From NCBI GenBank assembly GCA_946410555.1, contig CAMKAT010000003.1, positions 5,007 through 69,006 on the forward strand: 64,000 bases of DNA, written 5' to 3'. This DNA comes from an uncultured Bacillales bacterium. GTDB taxonomy: Bacteria; Bacillota_I; Bacilli_A; RF39; UBA660. Under the pieces are notes generated by a model, which made no database searches, was not told the DNA's origin, and saw only the letters and a program-made list of their open reading frames with translations. A program made the position numbers and the translations under genes. Below, one piece after another: positions 1 through 9,472 of this stretch. How positions within the stretch are numbered: position 1 is the stretch's first letter; each line of letters starts with the position of its first letter.

Positions 1-934
1 TTAATTCGTCATAATGAGGAAATATATTAATATGAGTTAATCCTAAACCTTGATAGTATTTATTATATTTTTTATCTAATACTTCTTCCTCATATTCAGG
101 TGGTGAATATACATTTTCTGCTGAATTCATAGAACCTGCAGAAACACCAATAATAAATGCATCTGTTTTTCTTATTAATTCTCTTAAATTAATATTATTA
201 AAGAACTCATTTTGTGTTGGTACATGTCCTCCGCTTAAAAGAATAAGATCAGCATTCTTAATTAACTCTTCTGCTTTAGATTCTGTTCTTGAATCTAATA
301 ATTGATAGCTTTTAAATGGCAGTGTTAATTCAAAAGAATCAAATACTACCTTAGCATACTTATCATTTATTTCGTTTTCATATTCAGTGCTAGCTATATA
401 TAGGAAGTTATCATACTTTTTAACATACTTCTTTATAATATCTAATTTATGATTCTTATTATCAAATACCTTGGATACTTTATTACCAAATTCATCTTTA
501 TCAGATAAGTCTAGTGTACTTGCTAACATACATTTTATATCTTCATATACAAAAGAAAATTCTACATTAAACTCTAAACTATCAAATGTTTTTTTATCTT
601 CAGGACTAGAATATATCATGTCAGGATTATTTATTTCAACTTCTAATTTATATAGGTTATCACTTAATCTAGTTAATTCTACTTTATCTTTTGTTATATC
701 AAAAGTATATGACATTTCATCATCTTTAAAAGAAATATCCCAATAAATATGATTAATTAAATTAATCTTTTCATTTATATTTATACTTCTTGGATCAAAG
801 TCATCATTAATTGTTAAACTAATAAATCTATTATCTTTAAAATAAACATCAATTGATGTATTAGATTCATTCTTTCTTTTAATAAATGATGCTTCAGTTC
901 TAGATACTATTAAGTCTGTATTATTAAAATGCAT
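1..934 (-). CDS. Peptidase S51 (peptidase E)-like protein with ~150 aa N-terminal extension; C-terminus runs off the window
   Basis: Open minus-strand frame from ATG at 934 to position 1 (not in the ORF track because it is truncated). Translation begins MHFNNTDLIVSRTEASFIKRKNESNTS... and contains LILLSGGHVPTQNEFF...FIIGVSAGSMNSAENVYSPPEYE...THINIFPHYDEL: GG.., GxSAG nucleophile elbow and PHYD motif of S51 peptidases. Confidence 0.8.
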   Translation of the reverse strand, partial: MHFNNTDLIVSRTEASFIKRKNESNTSIDVYFKDNRFISLTINDDFDPRSININEKINLINHIYWDISFKDDEMSYTFDITKDKVELTRLSDNLYKLEVEINNPDMIYSSPEDKKTFDSLEFNVEFSFVYEDIKCMLASTLDLSDKDEFGNKVSKVFDNKNHKLDIIKKYVKKYDNFLYIASTEYENEINDKYAKVVFDSFELTLPFKSYQLLDSRTESKAEELIKNADLILLSGGHVPTQNEFFNNINLRELIRKTDAFIIGVSAGSMNSAENVYSPPEYEEEVLDKKYNKYYQGLGLTHINIFPHYDEL

Positions 935-945
935 AAATATCCACC

Positions 946-1845
946 TTATCTAAATAATTTTTTATTTCTTTTCTTCACTTCTTCAAAAGAAGATATTAAA
1001 TTTTGATTATTAAATACTTCGATTCCATCATGAATTAAGTTAATATCAAAATTAATGTCTCTATATTTTTCTCCATCAATATTAATATCAATTGGCTCAT
1101 TTGATGAGATAAATATATTATCAGTAGTTATCTTTCTAACCCCATCACGAGTTTCGTGTTTACCATTTTTCATACTTAATATGGTACTAACCATATCAAG
1201 TTTTTTCATTTCCTCTACAAGATATACTTCCATCATGGAATCATTAAGAATACTAGATGGGGAAACCTTTATTCCTGATCCATAGTATCTCGCATTACAT
1301 ACTACGACTGTAGTAAATTTTTTTTCAATTTCTTTATCATCAAAAGATATATTTAATTCCTTAGGATTATAATTTAGAAAATGATTAGGAACTCCAATTA
1401 TATATCTTAATTTCTTTGGAATTTTAGTATTATGTACATATGTGTCATCATTTGCTATTTCTGCATCAACACCAAAACAAGCAATATTAATACAATATTT
1501 ATTATTAATCTTAATGACATCTACTTTATTTAATCCATCTCTCATTTTAGTTTCTTTAACAGTACGTGCAAAATCATTACCTGTTCCATTAGGAAGAAAA
1601 CTAAGAATATTATTAGTACCTTTAATACCATTTAATACTCTATTAATCATTCCATCTCCACCAACAGGTACAATAATACTCCTTGAAGCTTTATATTTAT
1701 TTAATATATCTTCAGTAGAATAAGAATCTGAATTAACTTCAATTGAATGATCAATATTTAATTCATAAGAGATTTGATCAATCATTTGATATAGTTCATT
1801 AATATAATTATTTCCAAATGAATTTAATACATATACATATTTCAT
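946..1845 (-). CDS. Diacylglycerol/lipid kinase family protein (YegS/DgkB-like)
   Basis: VPVGGDGMINRVLNGIKG...FLPNGTGNDFARTV matches the GGDGT / PxGTGNDFAR motifs. Confidence 0.9.
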   Translation of the reverse strand: MKYVYVLNSFGNNYINELYQMIDQISYELNIDHSIEVNSDSYSTEDILNKYKASRSIIVPVGGDGMINRVLNGIKGTNNILSFLPNGTGNDFARTVKETKMRDGLNKVDVIKINNKYCINIACFGVDAEIANDDTYVHNTKIPKKLRYIIGVPNHFLNYNPKELNISFDDKEIEKKFTTVVVCNARYYGSGIKVSPSSILNDSMMEVYLVEEMKKLDMVSTILSMKNGKHETRDGVRKITTDNIFISSNEPIDINIDGEKYRDINFDINLIHDGIEVFNNQNLISSFEEVKKRNKKLFR

Positions 1846-1862
1846 AATTCCACTCTTCTTTA

Positions 1863-2444
1863 TTAACGGTGTAGACCGTAGTCTCTTACTAAACTTTTTA
1901 CTAAGTTAGAATCTCTTTTAAATTTTTCTCTTATTAAGTATTCACTAAATTCTTCATTTTTAATTTCTTCATAATATTCATTAGCTAAACATAAGACTAA
2001 TATTTCATATTCACTTAATGAATTAAATGATTTTCTCTTAGAATTAATAAACTCCTTTAATAATTCTTTACTATTTAATTTATCAATCTCACTATAAGCA
2101 TTTAATCTTTCTTCTTTAGTAAATCTAGATAGAATAAAGTCTTTTAAAGAATTATTCTTAAAGAAATTTTTAACTATATCATATTCTTCATCTGTACATT
2201 TTTCATCTTTATATTTTGGTAATATAGCATATATGTGTAATTGATTTCTTATCTTACTATATTTAGATATATAATCATCAGTAAGATCTTCGACTTTCAT
2301 ATTATTTAAATTATTAATTAATTCTTTTTCTTCTTTAGTTAAATATGAAGTAAACTTTATCCACATTTTAAGTGGATCATTTATTACATCAAATGAATCT
2401 GTAGGAATTGAATAAATTTTAGGATTACTTAATTTAATTCTCAT
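1863..2444 (-). CDS. Hypothetical protein, 193 aa
   Basis: Clean ORF with ATG and TAA; charged, helix-rich; no recognised family. Confidence 0.7.
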   Translation of the reverse strand: MRIKLSNPKIYSIPTDSFDVINDPLKMWIKFTSYLTKEEKELINNLNNMKVEDLTDDYISKYSKIRNQLHIYAILPKYKDEKCTDEEYDIVKNFFKNNSLKDFILSRFTKEERLNAYSEIDKLNSKELLKEFINSKRKSFNSLSEYEILVLCLANEYYEEIKNEEFSEYLIREKFKRDSNLVKSLVRDYGLHR

Positions 2445-2454
2445 AAACTCACCT

Positions 2455-3501
2455 TTATTTTTTAAAAATTCTAAAAGGTTTTAGAATTTTTTCTTTTTTA
2501 TTTCTTTTTTCTGGTAGTGCTTTTAAAGGAGCTTCTTCTACATCTATAGCATTATAATTTTTATCTATTAAATTAAAAATCTCTTGATTTGATTCACAAT
2601 GAAATCTTAAAAATAAACATGATGTGTGATTGAATATGTTACTACCTCTATCAGCTTCATCAAATCCAACTAAATAAGCACATAATAAATAACACAACTT
2701 GACATTATCATTATTATCTACGATATCATAAACTATTTCTCTATAATTTTGATTATTAATGGCTTGTTCATTAATCATGATTCTATATAAATATCCTCCG
2801 ATGTCAGTATCGTAATTATTAGCTAATATTTCCATGTTTTCCCTATGATATTTATCTTTCAAAGAAACTGGATTAATTGCTAAATATCCAATTGATGATT
2901 CTGGAAAAGAGTGAGTCATTTGAAGTGATGATTCTCCATATCTAATAATAGTATCTATATCTTCTTCATGATGAATACTATTAATTGAATCTTTATTACC
3001 AGCTACCATAGCTATATTTTCTTGTACTACAAAATTTCTATAATTTTCACTACAATCTATACTTACTAGTTTTTCAAAATCAATATCATGGTATGGGCTA
3101 TCAATAAATTCTTTTTTACCAATAATCCAAAGTGGATATTGAGCAGTGTTACACTTTTTTAAAGTTTCGATATCTTGAAAGTACTTTGGACTATTCAAAA
3201 ACTCTTTAGTTACTAAATAGTCAAATAAATGTTCCCATCCATCTGCATTATCTATACTTTCTATTGCTCTTAGTCTTTCTATACAATCTTCTTTATTTAA
3301 TAAATCTTTATTAATTAAAACACTTCTAAATTTTCTTCCCTTCTCAGGATCTATATCTATACTTAGAAAATTCTTCTTTTGAAGTTTGTTTAATGAATTA
3401 AACTATTCTTTTATTTCTTTATTATTTTTAAATTCAACAAATAGTTCATATTTATCTATAATTTCATCTAATTCGTATAACTTTATTGCTTCTTCTTTCA
3501 T
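2455..3501 (-). pseudogene. Hypothetical protein interrupted by an in-frame TAG at 3403-3405 (track ORF is only 2455..3198)
   Basis: ATG at 3501 preceded by GTGAGGATATAAA (SD-like); MKEEAIKLYELDEIIDKYELFVEFKNNKEIKE*FNSLNKLQKKNFLSIDIDPEKGRKFRSVL...DYLVTKEFLNSPKYFQDIE runs in frame into the called ORF; exactly one stop in the 5' third. Confidence 0.6.
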
Positions 3502-3599
3502 TTTATATCCTCACTTTATTAGTCTTCCTTTTTAGCATATACTGCCTTTAGAAGTAGTATATCATAAATAAAAGAATGTAAAATAAATAATTACATTCT

Positions 3600-4133
3600 T
3601 TATTTAATTTTTATATTCTCTTCATTTTTTCTTTCAAATAAAGCTGATCTAGAAATAGATGGGTCATCTATTAGTGTATCAGTTACATTAATATGAAATT
3701 TTACTTTTAATTCATTTAATTTCTTAATTAATTCATCTATTTTTTGAATATTTTCATTAATAATTAAATCATAATTACTTCTAGATAATATCTCTTCTTG
3801 AATTATTAGATTTTCTAACTCTATGATTTTATTAGTTGAATTATTAACGAAATCGCTGTTATATGGAGTATTTGTTTTACTTACAAACTCTGCATACTTA
3901 TGTCTTTCTTCATATAGTTTTGTTAATTCTCTCTTTAATTCATTTACTTTTTCGAATAAATCTATGGAAGCTACATTATTAATATAGTCTACATTTTTAT
4001 TAACTTTGATAGATAACGTGTCAAAAGATACATTATTAATCATAGATTTATCATAATAAATTGCTTCGATAATAATTATACTTTTAAGTTCATTAATTAT
4101 TTCATTAATTGAATTCATATAAACCTCACTCAC
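3600..4133 (-). CDS. Hypothetical protein, helical/coiled-coil-like
   Basis: 177 aa ORF; long KL/NE-rich heptad-like region; hairpin terminator directly downstream (3570-3602). Confidence 0.65.
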   Translation of the reverse strand: MSEVYMNSINEIINELKSIIIIEAIYYDKSMINNVSFDTLSIKVNKNVDYINNVASIDLFEKVNELKRELTKLYEERHKYAEFVSKTNTPYNSDFVNNSTNKIIELENLIIQEEILSRSNYDLIINENIQKIDELIKKLNELKVKFHINVTDTLIDDPSISRSALFERKNEENIKIK

Positions 4134-4135
4134 GT

Positions 4136-5920
4136 TTAATTAATTATATTATTTGTACCATCATTTCTTACTTTTACATTATTATTTGTTAAGATTATTC
4201 CTTCGGATTCTTTACCTAACCATACATTACCATTATTAAATGTATTATTAGTAACTTTAACTCCACCCTTTGAATGAACAGACATTAAATATATTACTAA
4301 TGTTTCATCTGTTCTATTAAGAGTATTTCTATTAAATAATACATTTTCATTAGTTCCTCTGATATCTACAAAGAAGAAATCATTATTACCATAACCACAA
4401 TTAGTAAATGTATTATCTTCAGCAGTTACATTCTTAGAAGATTCTATTTGTAATCCAAATTGTTTACTTCTAATTACTGTATTCTTCTTTACTTCTACAT
4501 CTTCAGAATTTATTACTTTAATACCTCCACCGCCTTGTGTTTCTGTAACTGTATTATTATTTATATATACAGTATGTCCATTTTTTAATACTATTCCTGT
4601 AGCAAGTCTATCTATATTATTATTAGTAACAGTTACATTTTCAAATGTTGTACCACTGTCAGGATATCCACCTAAAAATATACCACCTGCATATGCTTTA
4701 TTCTTCAATGTATTTTTATTTATTATTATATTAGTATATCTACAACCTTTTCCAAAGAATGAAATTGGTTCTGAGTTTTTATGACCATCAAATGAATTGT
4801 TTTCTATAAGAATATGATCAGCATTACCTGATCCCATGAATTCAATACCACAGTCAGTTTGTCTGAATACAGAATTAATTACTTTAGTGTTACTAATATC
4901 TTTAATCATTCTTATTCCTGTATAAATATTATCTATAAAATAACAATGATCTATAGTTACGTTATTAGCACCCCAAATATCTAAAAGATGAATTCCCTCT
5001 TTATCATCATGTCCTTGATCTCTTGTGTTAACTTCACTATTACCACTTACTGCTATGTTTTTAATAGTAAGATTATTAGCATTACTAACACTTAAGATAT
5101 CACTACCTCTTTTTGTTCCAGCAGCAGCTTTAAGTAGTGATGATTCACCATCACCCATAAGAACTCCTTTAGGGCTATTAGCAGGTATTGATATTCTACT
5201 TGATATTATATATGTTCCACTAGGAATATACACATTAACATCATTAAGATTCTTAATAGCATTTGTAATAGCTGTTGTATCATCATTTGAATTATTACCT
5301 TTAGCCCCAAATTGTTTAACATTATAAGTATTATCTATTGGTATTAAAGAAGCTACTAAATCATTATTAAGTAATATATATTTACCATTATCAATAACTT
5401 GATTAGATTTAGCTTCAACTCTATAGTATCCTTCACCACCATCATTAGCACTATAATAACCATTAGTATGTATTGTTTTACCAACACTTAAATTAGATTC
5501 TTTTAACTCATCTATATTATTAACTATCTTATCTACATTCATTCTTAATTTAGTTGTAGGTTCCGTTTTTGGTACTGTTGGTTTTGTAGTAATTACTTTA
5601 GTTATAACTTCACCAGTTTCAGGATTTGTAGTAGTTGTAAGTACTTCACCTGTATCTGAATCTATAACTACAGTTATTTCTTCACCAGTTTCTTCATCTA
5701 TAATTGTAGCAATTGTATTTCCTGATTCATTAGTAATAGTCGTTCCATTTATATTAATTGAAGTTGTTTCACCATCAGTCTTAGGATTTAATTCTTTATT
5801 TCTACTTTTATAAATATTACATAATACAAAAGTAAATATAAATAAAGAAGTTAAAAATATAATGGTAGATAATATCCATTGTACATTTTTATTATTTAAA
5901 AGCCCTTTGATGTTTTTCAT
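4136..5920 (-). CDS. Membrane-anchored right-handed beta-helix (pectate-lyase-like) protein
   Basis: N-terminal TM (WILSTIIFLTSLFIFTFVLC), Thr-rich repeat stalk, then VKQFGAKGNNSNDDTTAITNAIKNL...(pectate lyase/phage-tail beta-helix entry motif) and many N/T/V-rich helical rungs. Confidence 0.85.
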   Translation of the reverse strand: MKNIKGLLNNKNVQWILSTIIFLTSLFIFTFVLCNIYKSRNKELNPKTDGETTSININGTTITNESGNTIATIIDEETGEEITVVIDSDTGEVLTTTTNPETGEVITKVITTKPTVPKTEPTTKLRMNVDKIVNNIDELKESNLSVGKTIHTNGYYSANDGGEGYYRVEAKSNQVIDNGKYILLNNDLVASLIPIDNTYNVKQFGAKGNNSNDDTTAITNAIKNLNDVNVYIPSGTYIISSRISIPANSPKGVLMGDGESSLLKAAAGTKRGSDILSVSNANNLTIKNIAVSGNSEVNTRDQGHDDKEGIHLLDIWGANNVTIDHCYFIDNIYTGIRMIKDISNTKVINSVFRQTDCGIEFMGSGNADHILIENNSFDGHKNSEPISFFGKGCRYTNIIINKNTLKNKAYAGGIFLGGYPDSGTTFENVTVTNNNIDRLATGIVLKNGHTVYINNNTVTETQGGGGIKVINSEDVEVKKNTVIRSKQFGLQIESSKNVTAEDNTFTNCGYGNNDFFFVDIRGTNENVLFNRNTLNRTDETLVIYLMSVHSKGGVKVTNNTFNNGNVWLGKESEGIILTNNNVKVRNDGTNNIIN

Positions 5921-6012
5921 GTTATCACCATACCCTTACTATAAGTTTACTATAGATAATTATTTATATCACTAAATATGTAAAGTATAAGCTTATCTTT
6001 CGATAAGTACTT

Positions 6013-6552
6013 CTATTTATTCATAAGATTTAGCGAATCATCAATTGATTCAAAAAGAACTATATCTGCTTTATATATTCCAACATCTTTTATTGTATAA
6101 TCAAATGATTTATCTATTTTTCCTAAATACTTTTTATAAAAATTAATTGTTTTATTACCTGCTAAGCATTCAAGTTTAACTTTTTTATAACCAAAGCTTT
6201 TAAGTGTTTCAAAACCTATTTTGAAAAGGTTTTTACCTATTCCAAAACCTTGATAATCTTTTAAAACATAAATAGCTCCGATTTCGCCGTAGTCTTTGTA
6301 TGCTTCATCACTTTGTCTTTCTGCAGTCATAATTCCAACTACTTTACCATCATGTATAGCAACAAAATATTTGCCATTTATTATATCTAAATATTTTCTA
6401 GTTCTTTCTGCCCTTTCTACGTATTTATCAACTCTATTCTTTAAATAATTAATATCTATTATTTCAGAATAAGATTCTAACCAACTTTGAGCAGATACAT
6501 AACTTATCCCAATAGCATCTTCATGTGTTGCTTCTTTATATATTATATTCAT
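6013..6552 (-). CDS. GNAT family N-acetyltransferase
   Basis: EIGAIYVLKDYQGFGIGKNLFKIG (Q-x-x-G-x-G/K acetyl-CoA loop) followed by VKLECLAGNKTINFYKKYLGK. Confidence 0.9.
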   Translation of the reverse strand: MNIIYKEATHEDAIGISYVSAQSWLESYSEIIDINYLKNRVDKYVERAERTRKYLDIINGKYFVAIHDGKVVGIMTAERQSDEAYKDYGEIGAIYVLKDYQGFGIGKNLFKIGFETLKSFGYKKVKLECLAGNKTINFYKKYLGKIDKSFDYTIKDVGIYKADIVLFESIDDSLNLMNK

Positions 6553-6561
6553 AGTGTACTC

Positions 6562-7230
6562 CTAACGTCCTTTTGCTTTTCTTACTAAACTTAATACTAA
6601 AGCACTTTTTTCAAACTTTTCTTCGTTTTCAAAGTCAGGATACACTAACTCATGTTTAGCTGCAAACATTAATTGATTATAATCTAAAGTATTGATTAAA
6701 TCTAAATTCATCATTTTGAAAAAGTCTTCATTGTAATCCCATTCAGTTAAATATTCTAAATTCAATAGTTCTTTTGATAATAAAGGTTGAAGATTAGAGA
6801 GTTCTCCATCAAGTAAGATGTTATCATCTGTTACATATTGATTATGACGTCTATAATGACCTCCGGTTAAAAGATAAGTATAGTCTGTATTATCTAGTTT
6901 AGTGTGAAACGCTTTATCTACTCCCGGATTTCCAAAGATATAAAAAGGTCTTACATCATCATATTTACCTTTAAGATAATTTTCTATTACTTCTTTATTA
7001 TTAGTTAATTCTATATAACTATATTTTTCTTTTTCTTCATCGAAGTGATCAATAGCATTGAATTTTATATGAGTACCATTTAAATATTCTTCGATTTGTT
7101 CATCGTTAGTATGTATAATAGCAGTTCTTATATTTTCCATTCTATCTTCTTTAAATTTTCTTAATGCATCTTGATCAAATGAAGTTTTATATACTTTAAT
7201 TTTATTATTTACTTTATCATATAAAAACAT
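6562..7230 (-). CDS. Hypothetical protein
   Basis: 222 aa ORF, clean start and TAG stop; no family recognised. Confidence 0.6.
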   Translation of the reverse strand: MFLYDKVNNKIKVYKTSFDQDALRKFKEDRMENIRTAIIHTNDEQIEEYLNGTHIKFNAIDHFDEEKEKYSYIELTNNKEVIENYLKGKYDDVRPFYIFGNPGVDKAFHTKLDNTDYTYLLTGGHYRRHNQYVTDDNILLDGELSNLQPLLSKELLNLEYLTEWDYNEDFFKMMNLDLINTLDYNQLMFAAKHELVYPDFENEEKFEKSALVLSLVRKAKGR

Positions 7231-7294
7231 AATAATTATCCTTTCTTTAAGTTCCTTTTCTTTATTCCAATTAATTTATTATTACTCTCGTTAC

Positions 7295-7360
7295 TTAAAA
7301 CTTTTTTTCTTCTTCAGTTGCTCCTAACCAACCTACTGTAACCCATAATTCTAATGTCAT
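7295..7360 (-). CDS. Possible micro-ORF (21 aa, MTLELWVTVGWLGATEEEKKF)
   Basis: ATG preceded by GATGGAGGGTTGTTT (SD-like GGAGGG at 5-6 nt); stop TAA; upstream hairpin. Confidence 0.35.
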   Translation of the reverse strand: MTLELWVTVGWLGATEEEKKF

Positions 7361-7390
7361 AAACAACCCTCCATCTTTATTTAGTATAAC

Positions 7391-7421
7391 ATAAAAGACG
7401 GAATTATTTTCCGTCTTTTTT
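7391..7421. terminator. Bidirectional intrinsic terminator hairpin
   Basis: AAAAGACGGAA TTATT TTCCGTCTTTTTT perfect stem with T-run; lies 3' of the minus-strand gene 7534..8610. Confidence 0.7.
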
Positions 7422-7533
7422 ATATAATTTATTAATATCATTATTTAATCAATTTAATATACACATATTACCATCCATTAAATAAATATTATATATTAAA
7501 TGAATTAATAATAAAAGAAAAAAGAAGAGTTAC

Positions 7534-8610
7534 TTACTCTTCTATTACTCTGTCTAAAGATTTAAAGCTATTTACTATTTTTGTAACTTCATCCATAGAT
7601 AAAACATTTTCAAAATCAACTATTCTTATAACATAAGTATTATTAAAAGTCTTTTCTTGATTAACTACTTTATTAATTTGCTTTTGTTCATATTCACCAT
7701 GTATTTCTATTATTTTCCTATCAGGATTTTTATAATTATATACGTTATATATACTGTTGTTAATGGTACCGTTTACTATATGTGATTCTATTGAAGCAGC
7801 ACCACTGTCAGGATATATAGCAAAATTATCAGTTAGTAATCTAAATAATCTTATATCGTATAATTTAGAGAATATATTTATATTTTTTATTTCAAGATAT
7901 TGTTTTTCTAATCTATAATAATTAGCATTTTTATCTTTATAATTAAAATCTTCATCTGGTAATACAAGTTGTTCAAACTCTTCATCATTAGTACATACTT
8001 TTATATAAGCATCATTATCACGTTTATCTCTATAGTTCTTAATAAATAATCTACATCCATTTTCAACAATATCAGATTTAGTTATATCATTTTCTACTTT
8101 AAAATCATTTGGAATATAAACCATAAAGTCGTCTAGAATGTTTTGATTAGCTAAATTATTTTGATTAAAATCATCATAATATACTTTTCTAAAACTTAAA
8201 TCATCTTTTCTTATTTCAATATTGTCTATTGAATAATATCTATAAAAATTAACTACTTTAAAAACAATTGGAACTATAATAGCTAATACTATAATAATTA
8301 TCATAATTATTTTTAATAACTTTTTATTATTATTCTTAACTTTATAATTAATACTTTTAATTACATTCTCTTCAAGTTTCTTTTGATAAGTTTTTTCATC
8401 TAATGCTTCACCTGATAAGAACTCATTAATAGTGATATCCAATTCATTACATAAATCATTAATTAAAGCGTAGTCAGGTAGACATACACCATTTTCCCAT
8501 TTACTTATAGTTCGGTTGCTTACTCTAAGGCGAGTTGCCAATTCTTCTTGAGTAAGATCTTTTTCTTTTCTTTTTTCTTTAATAAATTTTCCTATTTTTT
8601 CTTGATTCAT
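7534..8610 (-). CDS. XRE-family helix-turn-helix regulator fused to TM segment and extracytoplasmic domain
   Basis: IGKFIKEKRKEKDLTQEELATRLRVSNRTISKWENGVCLPDYALINDLCNEL (XRE HTH), then TM IIMIIIIVLAIIVPIVFKVV and ~250 aa outside domain. Confidence 0.9.
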   Translation of the reverse strand: MNQEKIGKFIKEKRKEKDLTQEELATRLRVSNRTISKWENGVCLPDYALINDLCNELDITINEFLSGEALDEKTYQKKLEENVIKSINYKVKNNNKKLLKIIMIIIIVLAIIVPIVFKVVNFYRYYSIDNIEIRKDDLSFRKVYYDDFNQNNLANQNILDDFMVYIPNDFKVENDITKSDIVENGCRLFIKNYRDKRDNDAYIKVCTNDEEFEQLVLPDEDFNYKDKNANYYRLEKQYLEIKNINIFSKLYDIRLFRLLTDNFAIYPDSGAASIESHIVNGTINNSIYNVYNYKNPDRKIIEIHGEYEQKQINKVVNQEKTFNNTYVIRIVDFENVLSMDEVTKIVNSFKSLDRVIEE

Positions 8611-8679
8611 TTTACCTCTTCCTTCTTATTGCTAGCATAAATAAAATTTATCAAATTTATATTATTTTTAACACGAACT

Positions 8680-8718
8680 AAAAAGAGAATTTAACAAAAT
8701 TGTAAATTCTCTTTTTTA
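8680..8718 (-). terminator. Intrinsic terminator downstream of XRE regulator region / antisense to next gene start
   Basis: AAAAAGAGAATTTAACAAAATTGTAAATTCTCTTTTTT imperfect palindrome with flanking A/T runs. Confidence 0.55.
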
Positions 8719-8723
8719 GAGAT

Positions 8724-9416
8724 TTATCTTCTTTTAGATTGCAATAAATCATACATTAAAATTGAACTATCAACAAATAATTCATGTGAAGGATCATGTT
8801 CTTGAGCTTCAATCATTCTTTGTTTTATTTCATCATATGGAGGAACATATACGCCTTGATATTCAGCAATCTCTCTTATTTTGCTTTCTAAGTTAGGATG
8901 TGCAAATATCCATTTTGCATAATGAAAAGCATCATAAGTTTTGTGTTCGTTATATACATAATTTTTTAGTTTATCTACCAAATCAGAATCATCTTCTGGA
9001 ATATAATTTGGTCTATCTGGATAATAGTAAATATTTATATAACCATATTCCTCAAGTTCATTTAACTTTTCATAAAGATTAGGTATGTATTCCTCATAGG
9101 CTACATCTACGCTTTCTTTAGATACGACTTCATTAAACCCAGTATGAATGTCTTTGAAAGACTCGCTAGGCAATGTGTAGATTGATGCATCATTTGCATA
9201 CATTTTATCTAATGCATTAGGAATTCTTTCTACTAAATCATAGTGCCCGTTTCCATCTCCACTTAATGTATATGTAATGTCACTACCACAACATTTAGAC
9301 ATAAGTATAGCAACAATTTTATTTGGAGTTGCATATAAGTAATTACCGTGTGTTGATTCATGTGGTTTAAGTGTTTTTAAATTATGTATTTTACTTCCAT
9401 GATAAACATATTCCAT
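8724..9416 (-). CDS. Hypothetical protein with possible ADP-ribosyltransferase-like N-terminus
   Basis: MEYVYHGSKIHNLKTLKPHESTHGNYLYATPNKIVAILMSK resembles the YHGS...L.P....G.YLYAT.. start of several ART-like families; no further support. Confidence 0.45.
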   Translation of the reverse strand: MEYVYHGSKIHNLKTLKPHESTHGNYLYATPNKIVAILMSKCCGSDITYTLSGDGNGHYDLVERIPNALDKMYANDASIYTLPSESFKDIHTGFNEVVSKESVDVAYEEYIPNLYEKLNELEEYGYINIYYYPDRPNYIPEDDSDLVDKLKNYVYNEHKTYDAFHYAKWIFAHPNLESKIREIAEYQGVYVPPYDEIKQRMIEAQEHDPSHELFVDSSILMYDLLQSKRR

Positions 9417-9472
9417 ATTCTCACCTCTTGATTATTATAACATGAAATAAAAAGAACTAATAAAAATTAGTT

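Noticed and set aside
471-746. Plus-strand ORFs throughout the track (e.g. 471..746, 1055..1285, 1442..1723, 5025..5327, 12461..12784, 41102..41671, 43427..43903, 55879..56262)
   Set aside because: All are antisense to better-supported minus-strand genes with recognised motifs; they are low-complexity L/I/S-rich products of AT-rich antisense frames without SD.
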